64,000 nt of DNA from Planctomycetota bacterium (GCA_016872715.1 VGZD01000003.1:8886-72885), one strand, 5' to 3'. Shown: positions 9,245-19,137, counted from the first letter of the stretch. Numbers and translations are program-made. The notes: generated by a model from the letters alone, not told the origin.

Positions 9245-10018
9245 CTAGCGCAGCGCGTCCTCGAGGGCCGTGGCGCGATCCGTGCGCTCGTCGCGGTACT
9301 TCACGATCAGGGCGCAGGCCACGTGCAAGTGCCGCCCGGCGGCCCACTCGTCGCTCGCGGGCCGCGATCCGGGCACGACCACGGCGTACTCGGGGATCTC
9401 GAGCGGCCGCTCGCGCGTGCCGCGCAGCTCGCGGCGATTCGGCAGGTCGTACACGACGGTGCTCGCGGAGAGCACGACGCCCGACGCGAGCACCGCGCCG
9501 CGCCGCACGAGCACGCCCTCGTAGAGCCCCGTGTTGCCGCCGACGAAGGCCTCGTCCTCGATGATCACGGGGCGCGCGCCGGCGGGCTCGAGCACGCCAC
9601 CGACCTGACAGCCCGCCGAGAGGTGCACGCGCTTGCCGACCTGCGCGCACGAGCCGACGAGCGCGTGACTGTCGATCATCGAGCCCTCGTCGACGAAGGC
9701 GCCGACGTTCACGTAGGCGGGCGGCATCACGATCACGCCCGGAGCGAGAAACGCGCCGCGGCGCACGGACGAGCCGCCGGGCACGACGCGCAGCTTGTCC
9801 GCGAGCGAAAACGTGCGCGGGCCGATGTCGCGCTTGTCGACGAACGTGAGCGCGCCGGCGGAACTCTCCGCGAGCGGCGAGGCGCGGAAGAGCGCGAGAA
9901 TCTCCTCCTTCACCCACGCGTTCACCGTCCAAGCGCCGTCGGCGCCCCGCTCGGCGACACGCACGCGACCCTGCTCGAGCGCATCGAGCAACGCCGCATT
10001 GGCGAGGCGCTCGCTCAC
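9245..10018 (-). CDS. dapD: 2,3,4,5-tetrahydropyridine-2,6-dicarboxylate N-succinyltransferase
   Basis: GTG at 10018 in ORF 9245..10774. The left-handed beta-helix hexapeptide region 'VMPPAYVNVGAFVDEGSMIDSHALVGSCAQVGKRVHLSAGCQVGGVLEP...IIEDEAFVG' is nearly colinear with classical DapD. Confidence 0.9.
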   Translation of the reverse strand: MSERLANAALLDALEQGRVRVAERGADGAWTVNAWVKEEILALFRASPLAESSAGALTFVDKRDIGPRTFSLADKLRVVPGGSSVRRGAFLAPGVIVMPPAYVNVGAFVDEGSMIDSHALVGSCAQVGKRVHLSAGCQVGGVLEPAGARPVIIEDEAFVGGNTGLYEGVLVRRGAVLASGVVLSASTVVYDLPNRRELRGTRERPLEIPEYAVVVPGSRPASDEWAAGRHLHVACALIVKYRDERTDRATALEDALR

Positions 10019-11031
10019 GCGCAAGCCTCCGCGCGCGCGAGCAGCTCGCGCGCCGTCGACTCGTAGTCGGCGACCGCCTGCTCGAACGAGCGTTTGGTCA
10101 CGAGCTCGTGATCGGTGTGCGCATCGAGGATGCGGCCGGGCCCGTAGAGCAGCGGCTTGCCCCAGCGGCCGAGGTGCGGCGCGTCGGTGCCAAATGCGAC
10201 GGGGATCGGCTCGTGCCCGCGCGGAACCTCGAATTCGATGGGCCCGTAGCTCTTGTAGGGCCGCTGGAGCGCAACATGGGGCGAGAGACACGCGCACAGC
10301 TTGCGCTCGGTGGCCTCGACGGGCTCGACCGCGCGCAGGAGCACGCTCGCGACGGCGCGATCCGCGACGACGTTCGCCGCGACGCCCCCTTGGATGGTGC
10401 CGATGTTGAGCGTGCCCGGCCCGAGCAACGCGTGGCGGCCCCAGTCTTGCGCGAGCAGCTTCTCGATCGCGTGCACGAGCTCGTGGATCGCGCTCGGCCC
10501 GATGTTCTGCGAGCTGTGCCCCGCGACGCCGCTGGCGACGAGCTCGGCCTTGTAGACGCCCTTGTGCGCGCCCGCGAAGCGATTTTCCGTCGGCTCGCCG
10601 ACGATCGTGAAGGCCGGACGCCACGGCTCCGCGAGTTGCGCGTTGGCGAGCGCCGCACCGGCCGAGTCCGTCTCCTCGCCGCACGTGAACAGAAACCCGA
10701 TGCGGTCCTCGCCTCGGTCGAGCAGCCTGCGCGCGGCTTGGATCATCGCGAGCGCCGGTCCCTTGGCATCGCACGAACCGCGCCCGTGCACGGCCTCGCG
10801 GTCCTCGCGCGGTCCGAAGAACGGCGGAACCGTGTCGAGGTGCGTGCAGAACACGACGCGCGGACGAGCGCCGCGGGCGAGCACGTTGAAGCGGCCGGGA
10901 GCGAGCTCCTGCCGCTCGACTCCGAGCCCTAGAGCGGCAAGTTCACGCGAGAGCGCGTCGGCGTAGTCCCGCTCGTCCCCCGTCACCGACGCTATCGCCA
11001 CCAGATCGCACAGCTTCTTGAAGATGTCCAC
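10015..11031 (-). CDS. M20-family metallopeptidase (DapE / ArgE-like deacylase)
   Basis: GTG at 11031 in ORF 10015..12174. Motifs 'FCTHLDTVPP', 'GRGSCDAKG' and 'TCGEETDSAG' are M20 metal-ligand motifs. The gene shares a 4-nt GTGA overlap with the dapD start. Confidence 0.8.
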   Translation of the reverse strand: MDIFKKLCDLVAIASVTGDERDYADALSRELAALGLGVERQELAPGRFNVLARGARPRVVFCTHLDTVPPFFGPREDREAVHGRGSCDAKGPALAMIQAARRLLDRGEDRIGFLFTCGEETDSAGAALANAQLAEPWRPAFTIVGEPTENRFAGAHKGVYKAELVASGVAGHSSQNIGPSAIHELVHAIEKLLAQDWGRHALLGPGTLNIGTIQGGVAANVVADRAVASVLLRAVEPVEATERKLCACLSPHVALQRPYKSYGPIEFEVPRGHEPIPVAFGTDAPHLGRWGKPLLYGPGRILDAHTDHELVTKRSFEQAVADYESTARELLARAEACA

Positions 11032-11139
11032 GTCGCGAATACTAGCAGCGCCGCCGCGCGCGGAGTTCGCGGCGCCACCGCAGCGATTTCCGCTCGTCGC
11101 GGCTCGGGTGCCCGCGCAGCAGGCCGTAGGCTGGGCACC

Positions 11140-12450
11140 ATGCAAGCGGGCCCCAAGCTCGGGCTGCTCTCCGGCGTCGGCCTCGTCGCATCGAGCATGA
11201 TCGGCGTCGGCGTGCTCGTGTCCGCCGGCTGGGCGGCGAGCGTGCTCGGCCCGGGCGAGATACTGATGACGTGGCTCGTCGGTGGAGCGATCGCGCTGTG
11301 CGGCGCGCGCGCCTACGCGGAACTCGCGCTGCTCGTGCCGCGCTCGGGCGGCGAATACCGCTACCTCGCGGATCTGCTGCACCCCGCGCTGGGAGAGCTC
11401 GCGGGCTGGGCCTCGCTGTTCCTCGGCTTCGCGGCGCCGATCGCGTTCTGCGCGGCCATGGCCGATGCGTACGCGGGCACGCTCGTGGAATTGCCTCCGC
11501 ACGCTGTCGGAGCGTCGATCGTGGTCGCGACGACGGCTCTCGGCGCGCTCTCCGCGCGCGCCAGTCAGCGCGTGCAGGACGCGCTCGCGCTCGCGAAGGT
11601 CCTGCTGTTCGCGCTGTTCCTCGCGGTCGGCCTGTGCTGGGGCTCGAGCGCGTGGCCGACATGGCAGCCGCAAACCCCGCACACCGGCTTCCCGACCGGG
11701 AGCTTCTTCGCGCAACTGCTGTGGGTCGCGCTGGCCTACACCGGCTGGAACACGGCGAGCTACGTGAGCGAGGAGTTCCGCGAGCCGCGCCGCGACGTTC
11801 CGCGCGCGATGCTGCTCGGCACGGTGCTCGTGATGGCGCTCTACCTCGCGGTCAACTGGGTGTTCGTCGCCAACCTCGACGCGAGCATGCTGGCGGCGTG
11901 GCGCGCGGTGGACGGCGAGAGCGCGCGCACGACGCTGGCGCACCTCGTCGTGCGCGAACTCGCTGGCCCGCGCGGCGCGGCCGCGATGTCGGCCTTCGTG
12001 GTGCTGGCGATGCTCTCCTCCGCGAGCGCCTTCACCGTCGCCGGACCGCGCGTCTACTCGGCGATGGCGAGCGATGGAGCGCTGCCGAAGCTGCTCGCGG
12101 CCCGCAGCGGAGCGACGAGCGTGGCGTCGACGCTGCTCCAAGGCGCGGTCGCCCTCGCGCTGCTGCTCACGCACTCGTTCGACTTGCTGGTCGAGAACTG
12201 CGGCGCCGTGCTCACCTTCACGACCGCGCTCGCCGCGCTCTCGCTGCTGCGCGTGCGCTTTTCGCCGCCCGCGGCGCTCGCCGCGACGCGCGTGGGAGCG
12301 TTCCCAACCGCCTGCGCCGCGCTCTATTTCCTCGCCTCGGTCTGGACGCTGTGGGCCGCCGCGCTCGAGCGACCGTCGCGACTGGCGTGGATCGCGAGCC
12401 TGTGCGCGGCCGCGCTCGCCGCCTACGCGCTTCGCCGCCGAGTGCGCTGA
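11140..12450 (+). CDS. APC-superfamily amino-acid permease
   Basis: 436-aa polytopic ORF. 'GVGLVASSMIGVGVL', 'AYAELALLVPRSGGEYRY' and 'GWNTASYVSEEF' are typical APC motifs. Confidence 0.8.
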   Translation: MQAGPKLGLLSGVGLVASSMIGVGVLVSAGWAASVLGPGEILMTWLVGGAIALCGARAYAELALLVPRSGGEYRYLADLLHPALGELAGWASLFLGFAAPIAFCAAMADAYAGTLVELPPHAVGASIVVATTALGALSARASQRVQDALALAKVLLFALFLAVGLCWGSSAWPTWQPQTPHTGFPTGSFFAQLLWVALAYTGWNTASYVSEEFREPRRDVPRAMLLGTVLVMALYLAVNWVFVANLDASMLAAWRAVDGESARTTLAHLVVRELAGPRGAAAMSAFVVLAMLSSASAFTVAGPRVYSAMASDGALPKLLAARSGATSVASTLLQGAVALALLLTHSFDLLVENCGAVLTFTTALAALSLLRVRFSPPAALAATRVGAFPTACAALYFLASVWTLWAAALERPSRLAWIASLCAAALAAYALRRRVR

Positions 12451-12465
12451 GCACGCGGGAGCAGC

Positions 12466-12972
12466 TCAGTCCGCGGCCAGCGCGACGAGCTTCGCTCCGC
12501 TCGCCACGGCTTCCTTCTCCTTCACGAACAGCGTCTTGACCGTGCCCGCCGACGGCGCGGCGATCTCGTTCTGCATCTTCATCGCCTCGAGGATCAACAG
12601 CGGCTGGCCCTTCTCGACCGCCTCGCCTTCCTTGACGAGCAGCTTGAAGACCACGCCCGGCATCACGCTCTTGACCGTGCCGCCGCCCTTCTGGGATTCG
12701 CGCTCGGCCGCGTGGGCGGCGCGCTCGCGCTCGTCCTCGATCTCGACGGCGTACAGGTGCCCGGCGATGCCCGCCGTGACCTGATGCTCGTCGCCCTCGA
12801 TCGACAGGCCCCACGAGCGCCCGCCGGCGAGCAGCGCGACCTGCCCGAGGCTGTCGACCTCCTCGTAGTCGACGTCCATGTCCTTGCCATCGCAGCGCAC
12901 GTGCAGCAGGCCGAGCCGCTCGACGACCTCGACCTCGTGCGCCTTGCCGTTGACGGTGACGAAGTACTTCAC
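12466..12972 (-). CDS. Biotin carboxyl carrier protein domain protein with an N-terminal extension
   Basis: GTG at 12972 in ORF 12466..13551. Biotinyl-lysine motif 'ILEAMKMQNEI'. Confidence 0.8.
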   Translation of the reverse strand: MKYFVTVNGKAHEVEVVERLGLLHVRCDGKDMDVDYEEVDSLGQVALLAGGRSWGLSIEGDEHQVTAGIAGHLYAVEIEDERERAAHAAERESQKGGGTVKSVMPGVVFKLLVKEGEAVEKGQPLLILEAMKMQNEIAAPSAGTVKTLFVKEKEAVASGAKLVALAAD

Positions 12973-14495
12973 TGGGCAGCTCCGGTGCTCGCGCCGACGT
13001 GCGGCGGATAGGGCGAGAGGCTCGCGCGACTGCGCGACGACCACGCGAGCCGATCCGCGGCGCTGGTGTGGAGCGCCTTGCGCTGCATGAGCCGGTGTCG
13101 GTGGATCGCCGCAGCGACGGCGACGAGCACGTCCTCGCCCGCGCGCGGCGTCGCGAGGTCCATGTGCGCGAGGAAGTGCGTGTCGAACTCGCCCTTGACG
13201 AACTTTTCCTCCTCGAGCACGAGCAGCGCGACCGGCGCGCTGGTGCGCACGCCGCCGACGTTGAGCTCCGCGAGCGCGCGCTTCATGCGCTCGATCGCGG
13301 CGTTGCGATCGGGCCCCCACACGATCAGCTTGGCGAGCATCGGGTCGTAGTTGAGGCTGACCTCCATGCCGCGGTAGATGGCGGCGTCGAGGCGCACCCA
13401 CGGGCCGCCGGGCGCGCGCAGGTTGTGGATCGTGCCGATCGAGGGCACGAAGCCGTTGAACGGGTCTTCGGCGTTGATGCGCACCTCGATCGACCAGCCG
13501 TTCTTCTTCGCGAGCACCTCGTCCTGCGTGTAGCCGAGCTTCTCGCCCCACGCCACGCGGATCTGTTCGCGCACGAGATCGACGCCGTAGACCATCTCGG
13601 TCACCGGGTGCTCGACCTGCAGGCGCGTGTTCATCTCGAGGAAGAACACCTCGCCCTTCGAATAGAGGAACTCGACCGTGCCCGCGTTCTGGTAACCCAC
13701 GGCCGCGCCCGCCCGCACCGCGATCTCGCCCATCTTGCGGCGCAGCGCGTCATCGACGACCACGCTGGGCGCTTCCTCGATCAGCTTCTGGTGGCGGCGC
13801 TGGATCGAGCACTCGCGCTCGCCGTAGTGCACGCCGTTGCCGTGCTTGTCGAACAGCACCTGCACCTCGACGTGGCGCGGCTCGTCGACATAGCGCTCCA
13901 TGTAGAGCCGTCCGTCGCCGAAGCTCGCGAGCGCCTCGCCGCTCGCCGTGCGGAACGCGGTCGCCATCTCGCCCTTCGAGCGCACGAGGCGAATGCCCTT
14001 GCCGCCGCCGCCGGCCGCGGCCTTGAGCGCGATCGGGTAGCCGATCTTCTCGGCCTCCTCGAGCGCGCGCTCGACGTCGTCGACCGGATCGACGAGGCCC
14101 GGCACGACCGGCACCCCGGCCTTGGTCATGTTGCGGCGGCTGGTGATCTTGTCGCCCATGGCCTCGATCGCCTCGGGCGGCGGACCGATCCACACCAGCC
14201 CCGCCTCGGTCACCTTGCGCGCGAAGGCCGAGCGCTCCGACAGGAACCCGTAGCCGGGGTGGATCGCCTCCGCGCCGGACTGCTTGGCCGCGGCGATGAC
14301 CTTGTCCATGTCGAGGTAGCTCTCGCGCGGCGTCGACCCACCGAGCGCCACCGCGCTGTGAGCCATGCGCACGTGCAGCGCACGCCGGTCGACATCGGAG
14401 TAGATGGCGACGGGCTCGATGCCCATCTCCCTGCAGGTGCGGATCACGCGCAGCGCGATCTCGCCCCGATTGGCGATCAAGATACGTCGAAACAT
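12969..14495 (-). CDS. accC: Biotin carboxylase subunit of an acyl-CoA carboxylase, with a C-terminal extension of about 60 aa
   Basis: ATG at 14495 in ORF 12969..14861. 'MFRRILIANRGEIALRVIRTCREMGI' and the ATP-grasp core 'GYPIALKAAAGGGGKGIR' and 'EMNTRLQVEHPVTE'. Confidence 0.9.
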   Translation of the reverse strand: MFRRILIANRGEIALRVIRTCREMGIEPVAIYSDVDRRALHVRMAHSAVALGGSTPRESYLDMDKVIAAAKQSGAEAIHPGYGFLSERSAFARKVTEAGLVWIGPPPEAIEAMGDKITSRRNMTKAGVPVVPGLVDPVDDVERALEEAEKIGYPIALKAAAGGGGKGIRLVRSKGEMATAFRTASGEALASFGDGRLYMERYVDEPRHVEVQVLFDKHGNGVHYGERECSIQRRHQKLIEEAPSVVVDDALRRKMGEIAVRAGAAVGYQNAGTVEFLYSKGEVFFLEMNTRLQVEHPVTEMVYGVDLVREQIRVAWGEKLGYTQDEVLAKKNGWSIEVRINAEDPFNGFVPSIGTIHNLRAPGGPWVRLDAAIYRGMEVSLNYDPMLAKLIVWGPDRNAAIERMKRALAELNVGGVRTSAPVALLVLEEEKFVKGEFDTHFLAHMDLATPRAGEDVLVAVAAAIHRHRLMQRKALHTSAADRLAWSSRSRASLSPYPPHVGASTGAAQ

Positions 14496-14625
14496 GGGGC
14501 GCCGATTGTACGCACCGCGCGCCCCACCCCCTCGCGGGCAGGGGCAGGACGCACAGGGGGGGGCGGCGGAGGTTGCTAGGCTCGTTTGGGTCCCGCCGGA
14601 GAGGGGCGAAAAGGAGTCGGTTGGC

Positions 14626-15108
14626 GTGAGGACTTTGCTGCGTCGCGCGTTCTTTGGCTCGCTCGTCGCGTTCGGCCTGATCCAGCTCGTGCCGTATGGG
14701 CGCGGCGAAGTCGATCCGCCGGTGACGAAGGAGCCGAGCTGGGACAGCCCGCGCACCCGCGAGCTCGCCGTGCGAGCCTGCTTCGACTGCCACAGCCGCA
14801 CGCCGCGGCGCCCGTGGTATGCGCGTGTGGCGCCCGTGAGCTGGCTCGTGCGCCACGACATCGAGGAAGGTCGCGAACACCTCGACTTTTCCGCGTGGGA
14901 CCAGCCGCAGCGCGACGCCCACGAGGCGGGCGAGACGATCGAGGAAGGCGAGATGCCGCCTTGGTTCTACTCGCCGCTGCACCCCGAGGCGCGGCTGTCG
15001 GAGAGCGAGCGGGACGAGCTCGTCCGCGGGCTGCGGGCGAGCCTCGCCGACGCGCTCCGACCGGCTCGACGCGGCGCTCGCGAGCGGCGCGAGCGCGACG
15101 AGAAGTGA
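14626..15108 (+). CDS. Haem-binding-domain (Haem_bd-like) membrane-anchored protein
   Basis: GTG at 14626 is preceded by 'aaggag' 9 nt upstream. It has an N-terminal TM segment and a 'CFDCHS....PWYARVAPVSWLV' CXXCH-containing motif. Confidence 0.6.
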   Translation: MRTLLRRAFFGSLVAFGLIQLVPYGRGEVDPPVTKEPSWDSPRTRELAVRACFDCHSRTPRRPWYARVAPVSWLVRHDIEEGREHLDFSAWDQPQRDAHEAGETIEEGEMPPWFYSPLHPEARLSESERDELVRGLRASLADALRPARRGARERRERDEK

Positions 15109-15271
15109 GCGAGCGAGCGCGAGCGCGCGTGAGGTTAGTTCGGAAAAGGGGTCGACGAAGCTCTTCCGTGCAGGGTAGATTTGCGCCCGTCCGTCGGCGC
15201 GTGCCCGCGCAGCTCCCCCCACCCACGAGCTGCCGAGGCCCCGCTCGAGCGGATCCCTCAAGGACCCCCAC

Positions 15272-16609
15272 ATGCCCGTCTCCGTCGACCCCGCAGCGCA
15301 GCGCGCTGCGACGACTCCGGACCTTCCGCCAGCTACGAACATCGGCCGCCGCACCGGCCGCGCGTTCTTCTACCCCGACGTCAGCGACGGGGAGTGGAAC
15401 GACTGGAAGTGGCAGTTCAAGAACCGCGTCACGACGCTCGAGCAGCTCGTCGCGAAGCTGCCGATCCCGCAGCAGGAGCTCGGCCGGCGCCGCGAGGTGC
15501 TGTCCGATTTCCGCATGGGCATCACGCCCTACTACCTGTCGCTGATCGACGCCGATGACGAGGCGGATCCGATCCTCAGGCAGGTGGTGCCGCTGTCGGA
15601 CGAGTACTACTTCCGCGCCGTCGGCGAGGAAGATCCGCTCGGCGAGGAGAAGTTCTCGCCCGTTCCGGGCATCACGCATCGCTATCCCGACCGCGTGCTG
15701 ATGGTGATCTCGAACAACTGCGCCATCTACTGCCGCTACTGCACGCGCAAGCGGACCATGTACGACGGCGCCACGCCGGACATCGAGATCGACCGCATGG
15801 TCGACTACATCGCGCGCACCCCGCAGGTGCGCGACGTGGTCGTGTCCGGCGGCGACCCGCTCAACTACTCGACCCAGAAGCTCGAGTCCATCCTCTCGAA
15901 GCTGCGCGCCATCCCGCACTTGGAGATCATCCGCATCGGCAGCCGCGTGCCCGTGGCGCTCCCCCAGCGCATCGACGACGAGCTGGTGGAGATGCTGCAG
16001 CGCTACCACCCGCTGTGGATCAACGTGCACTTCAACCACCCGCGCGAGCTCACTGGGGAAGCCGCGCGCGCCTGCGACAAGCTCTCGCGCGCCGGGATCC
16101 CGCTCAACAACCAAGCCGTGCTGCTCAAGGGCGTCAACGACTCGGTCGAGACCGTCAAGTCGCTGTGCCAAGGCCTGATGAAGATGCGCGTGCGGCCGTA
16201 CTACCTCTACCAGTGCGACCCGGTGCGCGGCGCCGAGCACTTCCGCACCCCGATCTCCAAGGGCATCGAGATCATCGAGGGTCTGCGCGGGCACACCAGC
16301 GGGCTCGCCATTCCGACCTACGTGGTCGACGCCCCCGGCGGCGGCGGCAAGATCCCGATCCAGCCGCAGTACCTGCTGCGCTACGACGAGGCGAAGGGGC
16401 GCGCGGTGCTGCGCAACTTCCAAGACAAGATCTACGAGTACCTCGAGCCGGGCTACCTGCGCGACGAGATCCGTCCGCCGACGCCGCGTCCGCAGGAAGC
16501 CGAGCCACGCGGAGCCGAGTCCGCGCCGACGAGCGAGGTCAAGCCGCCGGTGGTCGGGAAGAGCCGCTGGGTCCGCAGGGGCGCGACAGCGCGGCGCGAG
16601 AAGAAGTAG
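15272..16609 (+). CDS. kamA: Lysine 2,3-aminomutase (radical SAM / PLP)
   Basis: 445-aa ORF colinear with clostridial KAM. Motifs: 'WNDWKWQFKNR', the radical-SAM 'CAIYCRYC', 'YQCD', and 'VVDAPGGGGK' (PLP Lys). Confidence 0.9.
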   Translation: MPVSVDPAAQRAATTPDLPPATNIGRRTGRAFFYPDVSDGEWNDWKWQFKNRVTTLEQLVAKLPIPQQELGRRREVLSDFRMGITPYYLSLIDADDEADPILRQVVPLSDEYYFRAVGEEDPLGEEKFSPVPGITHRYPDRVLMVISNNCAIYCRYCTRKRTMYDGATPDIEIDRMVDYIARTPQVRDVVVSGGDPLNYSTQKLESILSKLRAIPHLEIIRIGSRVPVALPQRIDDELVEMLQRYHPLWINVHFNHPRELTGEAARACDKLSRAGIPLNNQAVLLKGVNDSVETVKSLCQGLMKMRVRPYYLYQCDPVRGAEHFRTPISKGIEIIEGLRGHTSGLAIPTYVVDAPGGGGKIPIQPQYLLRYDEAKGRAVLRNFQDKIYEYLEPGYLRDEIRPPTPRPQEAEPRGAESAPTSEVKPPVVGKSRWVRRGATARREKK

Positions 16610-16636
16610 GCTCTCGCGCCCTCACCGGCGCCCCCC

Positions 16637-17662
16637 ATGCACATCGGCATCGCCTTCGACCTCAAGGCGGACTTCCAGTCGGAGTCCGCGCGCGCGCGCG
16701 AAGGTGCGAGCGAGGACCGTCCCGATGACCTCCTCGAGGAATACGACTCGGTCAGCACCGTGGCCGAGATCGAGCGCGTGCTCGCCGCGCGCGGCCACCG
16801 CGTGACGCGCTTGGGTGGCGGACGGCGCTTCGTCGAGAGCCTCCTGCGCGAGCGCGTCGATCTCGTGTTCAACATCGCCGAAGGGCGCGGGTCGCGCTCG
16901 CGCGAGGCGCACGTGCCCGCCGCGTGCGAGATGCTCGGCGTGGCCTGCACGCACTCCGATCCGCTGACCATGGCGGTGACGCTCGACAAGGCCATGGCCA
17001 AGCGCGTGGTCGCGTCCGCGCTCGTGCCGACGCCGGGCTTCGTCGTGGTCGAACGCCCTGCGGACGTGGCGCGCGTCACGTTCCCCTTCCCGCTGTTCGC
17101 CAAGCCGCTGTTCGAGGGCTCGAGCATGGGCATCCGCCGCCGCTCGCGCATCGCGAATCCAGCCGAGCTCGCCGAGCGCGTCGGCGCGTTGCTGCGCGAC
17201 TATGGCGAGCCTGTGCTGGTCGAGGAATTCTGCGCCGGTGCGGAGTTCACCGTCGGCATCCGCGGCCACGGCGAGAGCACGCGCGTGATCGGCACGATGG
17301 AGGTCGAGCCGCTGATCGTGCCGCGCGAGCAGTTCGTCTACTCGCTCGAGGTGAAACGCAATCCGAACTGGGCGGAAGAGATCGCCTACAACGTGCCGCC
17401 CAAGCGCGCGCGGGCCGAGGTCGAGCGCGTCGAGAAGGTCGCGCTCGACGCCTACCGCGCGCTCGGCTGCCGCGACATCGCGCGCATCGACGTGCGCTGC
17501 GACGCCTCGGGCGACCCCAAGTTCATCGAGTGCAACCCGCTGCCGGGCGTCGCGCCGGGCTGGAGCGACCTCGCGATCCTGTGGGACCGCCTCGGCGGCA
17601 CCTACGACACGCTGATCGGCGCGATCCTCGACGAAGCCTGCGCGCGCCTCGAGCTCGCGTGA
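16637..17662 (+). CDS. D-Ala-D-Ala-ligase-like ATP-grasp ligase (paralogue 1)
   Basis: 341-aa ORF. 'LFAKPLFEGSSMGI', 'VEEFCAGAEFTVGI' and 'IARIDVRCDASGDPKFIECNPLPG' are Ddl-type ATP-grasp motifs. Confidence 0.8.
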   Translation: MHIGIAFDLKADFQSESARAREGASEDRPDDLLEEYDSVSTVAEIERVLAARGHRVTRLGGGRRFVESLLRERVDLVFNIAEGRGSRSREAHVPAACEMLGVACTHSDPLTMAVTLDKAMAKRVVASALVPTPGFVVVERPADVARVTFPFPLFAKPLFEGSSMGIRRRSRIANPAELAERVGALLRDYGEPVLVEEFCAGAEFTVGIRGHGESTRVIGTMEVEPLIVPREQFVYSLEVKRNPNWAEEIAYNVPPKRARAEVERVEKVALDAYRALGCRDIARIDVRCDASGDPKFIECNPLPGVAPGWSDLAILWDRLGGTYDTLIGAILDEACARLELA

Positions 17663-17669
17663 GCGATCC

Positions 17670-18683
17670 ATGGCGAGCATCACGGTCCTCTACAACGACG
17701 ACAGCGCGCTCGCGCACGGCTCGGCTCAAGACGCGATCGCCGTGCTCGCGGTGAAGGACTGCGCGCGGGCGATCGCGGAGGCGCTCACGTCGCGCGGGCA
17801 TCGCGCCACGGCCGTGGGCGTGCCGCCGGAGCGCGAGGGCGTGCTGCGCGCCGTCGCTGCCGTGCGCGACGAGCTCGTCTTCAACCTCGTCGAGGGCCTC
17901 GGCGGCGACTCGCGCTTCGAACAAGCCATGGCGTGGCTCTACGAGCTCCACGGCGTGCGCTACACGGGCTCTGGGCCACGCGCCATGGCGCTGTGCATGG
18001 AAAAACCCGTGACGAAGGCGGTGCTCGAAGCAGCGGGGCTGCCGGTGCCGCGCGGGACGGTGCTCGCGCGCGGCGACGAGTCCGTCGCGGGCCTGCGCTT
18101 TCCGCTGATGGTCAAGCCCGCGCGCGAGGACGCGAGCCACGGGATCTCGATCGACTCCCTCGTGCGCGATGAGGCGGCGCTGCGCGCGCAGGCACGGCGA
18201 ATGATCGACACCTACGCGCAACCAGCGCTCGTCGAGGAGTACATCCCCGCGCGCGAGATCAACGTCGCGCTGCTCGGCGGATCGCGCGGCGTCGAGGTGC
18301 TGCCGCTCTCGGAGATCGACTACTCTCTCTTCGCGAGCGACGAGCCGCACCTCGTCACCTACGCGGGCAAGTGGATCGAGGACAGCCGCGACTGGGACCT
18401 CACCAAGGTCATCGCCGCGCGCGACTTGGCGCCGGCGCAGAGCGCGCGCATCGAGAGCGTCGCGCGCGGCGCCTTCGAGACGCTCGAGCTGCGCGACTAC
18501 GCGCGCGTCGACCTGCGGCTCGACGAGCGCGGCGAGCCCTTCATCATCGACGTCAATCCCAATCCCGACATCTCGCCCGGCGCGGGCTTCCACCTCGCGG
18601 CCGAGCGCGCCGGGCTGTCCTACTCCGAACTCGTCGAGCGCGTCGTCCACAGCGCGCTTTCGCGCCATGGCGAAGTTGCGTGA
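17670..18683 (+). CDS. D-Ala-D-Ala-ligase-like ATP-grasp ligase (paralogue 2)
   Basis: 337-aa ORF. Motifs: 'LMVKPAREDASHGI', 'VEEYIPAREINVALLG' and 'YARVDLRLDERGEPFIIDVNPNPD'. Confidence 0.8.
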   Translation: MASITVLYNDDSALAHGSAQDAIAVLAVKDCARAIAEALTSRGHRATAVGVPPEREGVLRAVAAVRDELVFNLVEGLGGDSRFEQAMAWLYELHGVRYTGSGPRAMALCMEKPVTKAVLEAAGLPVPRGTVLARGDESVAGLRFPLMVKPAREDASHGISIDSLVRDEAALRAQARRMIDTYAQPALVEEYIPAREINVALLGGSRGVEVLPLSEIDYSLFASDEPHLVTYAGKWIEDSRDWDLTKVIAARDLAPAQSARIESVARGAFETLELRDYARVDLRLDERGEPFIIDVNPNPDISPGAGFHLAAERAGLSYSELVERVVHSALSRHGEVA

Positions 18684-19137
18684 ACTGCGCGCGAGCGATC
18701 GCGCGGCCCTCGAGCGGATCGTGCGCTCGACGAACGCCTTTCGCGAGGACGAGGTCGAGGTCGCGCTCGAGCTGATCGACGCGGGCGCGCGCGCGGGCTC
18801 TGGCTATCTGTTCACGGTCGCGACCGACGAGCGCGACGAGCCGCAGGGCTACGCCTGCTGGGGGCTGACGCCGCTCACCGATGGCGCCTACGACCTCTAC
18901 TGGATCGTGGTCGACGCGACGCTCCATGGAAGGGGGCTGGGCCGCGCGCTGCTCGACCACGTCGTGCGCGACGTGCGCGCGCGCGCGGGCCGCCTCGTGA
19001 TCATCGAAACGTCGGGCCAGCCCGAGTACGCTGCGCAGCGCACGTTTTACGAACGCTGCGGCTGCGCGCTGCTCGCTCGCTATCCAGACTTCTATCGGCT
19101 CGGCGACGACAAGCTCGTCTACATGGTGCGACTTTGA
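18667..19137 (+). CDS. GNAT-family N-acetyltransferase
   Basis: 156-aa ORF with the acetyl-CoA-binding-type motif 'IVVDATLHGRGLGRALLDHV'. Its start overlaps the preceding ATP-grasp gene by 17 nt. Confidence 0.75.
   Translation: MAKLRELRASDRAALERIVRSTNAFREDEVEVALELIDAGARAGSGYLFTVATDERDEPQGYACWGLTPLTDGAYDLYWIVVDATLHGRGLGRALLDHVVRDVRARAGRLVIIETSGQPEYAAQRTFYERCGCALLARYPDFYRLGDDKLVYMVRL

Noticed and set aside
15109-15271. A lysine (L-box) riboswitch upstream of kamA, or in the 11032..11139 region
   Set aside because: I could not recognise the conserved L-box helices or core motifs by eye. The regions are short and GC-rich. A covariance-model scan would be needed to be sure.
16637-18683. The two ATP-grasp genes as ordinary cell-wall ddl
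   Set aside because: This is not fully excluded. They are tandem duplicates embedded between kamA and a GNAT, and no mur/ftsQ genes are seen nearby. I therefore report them as Ddl-like ligases of unknown substrate.
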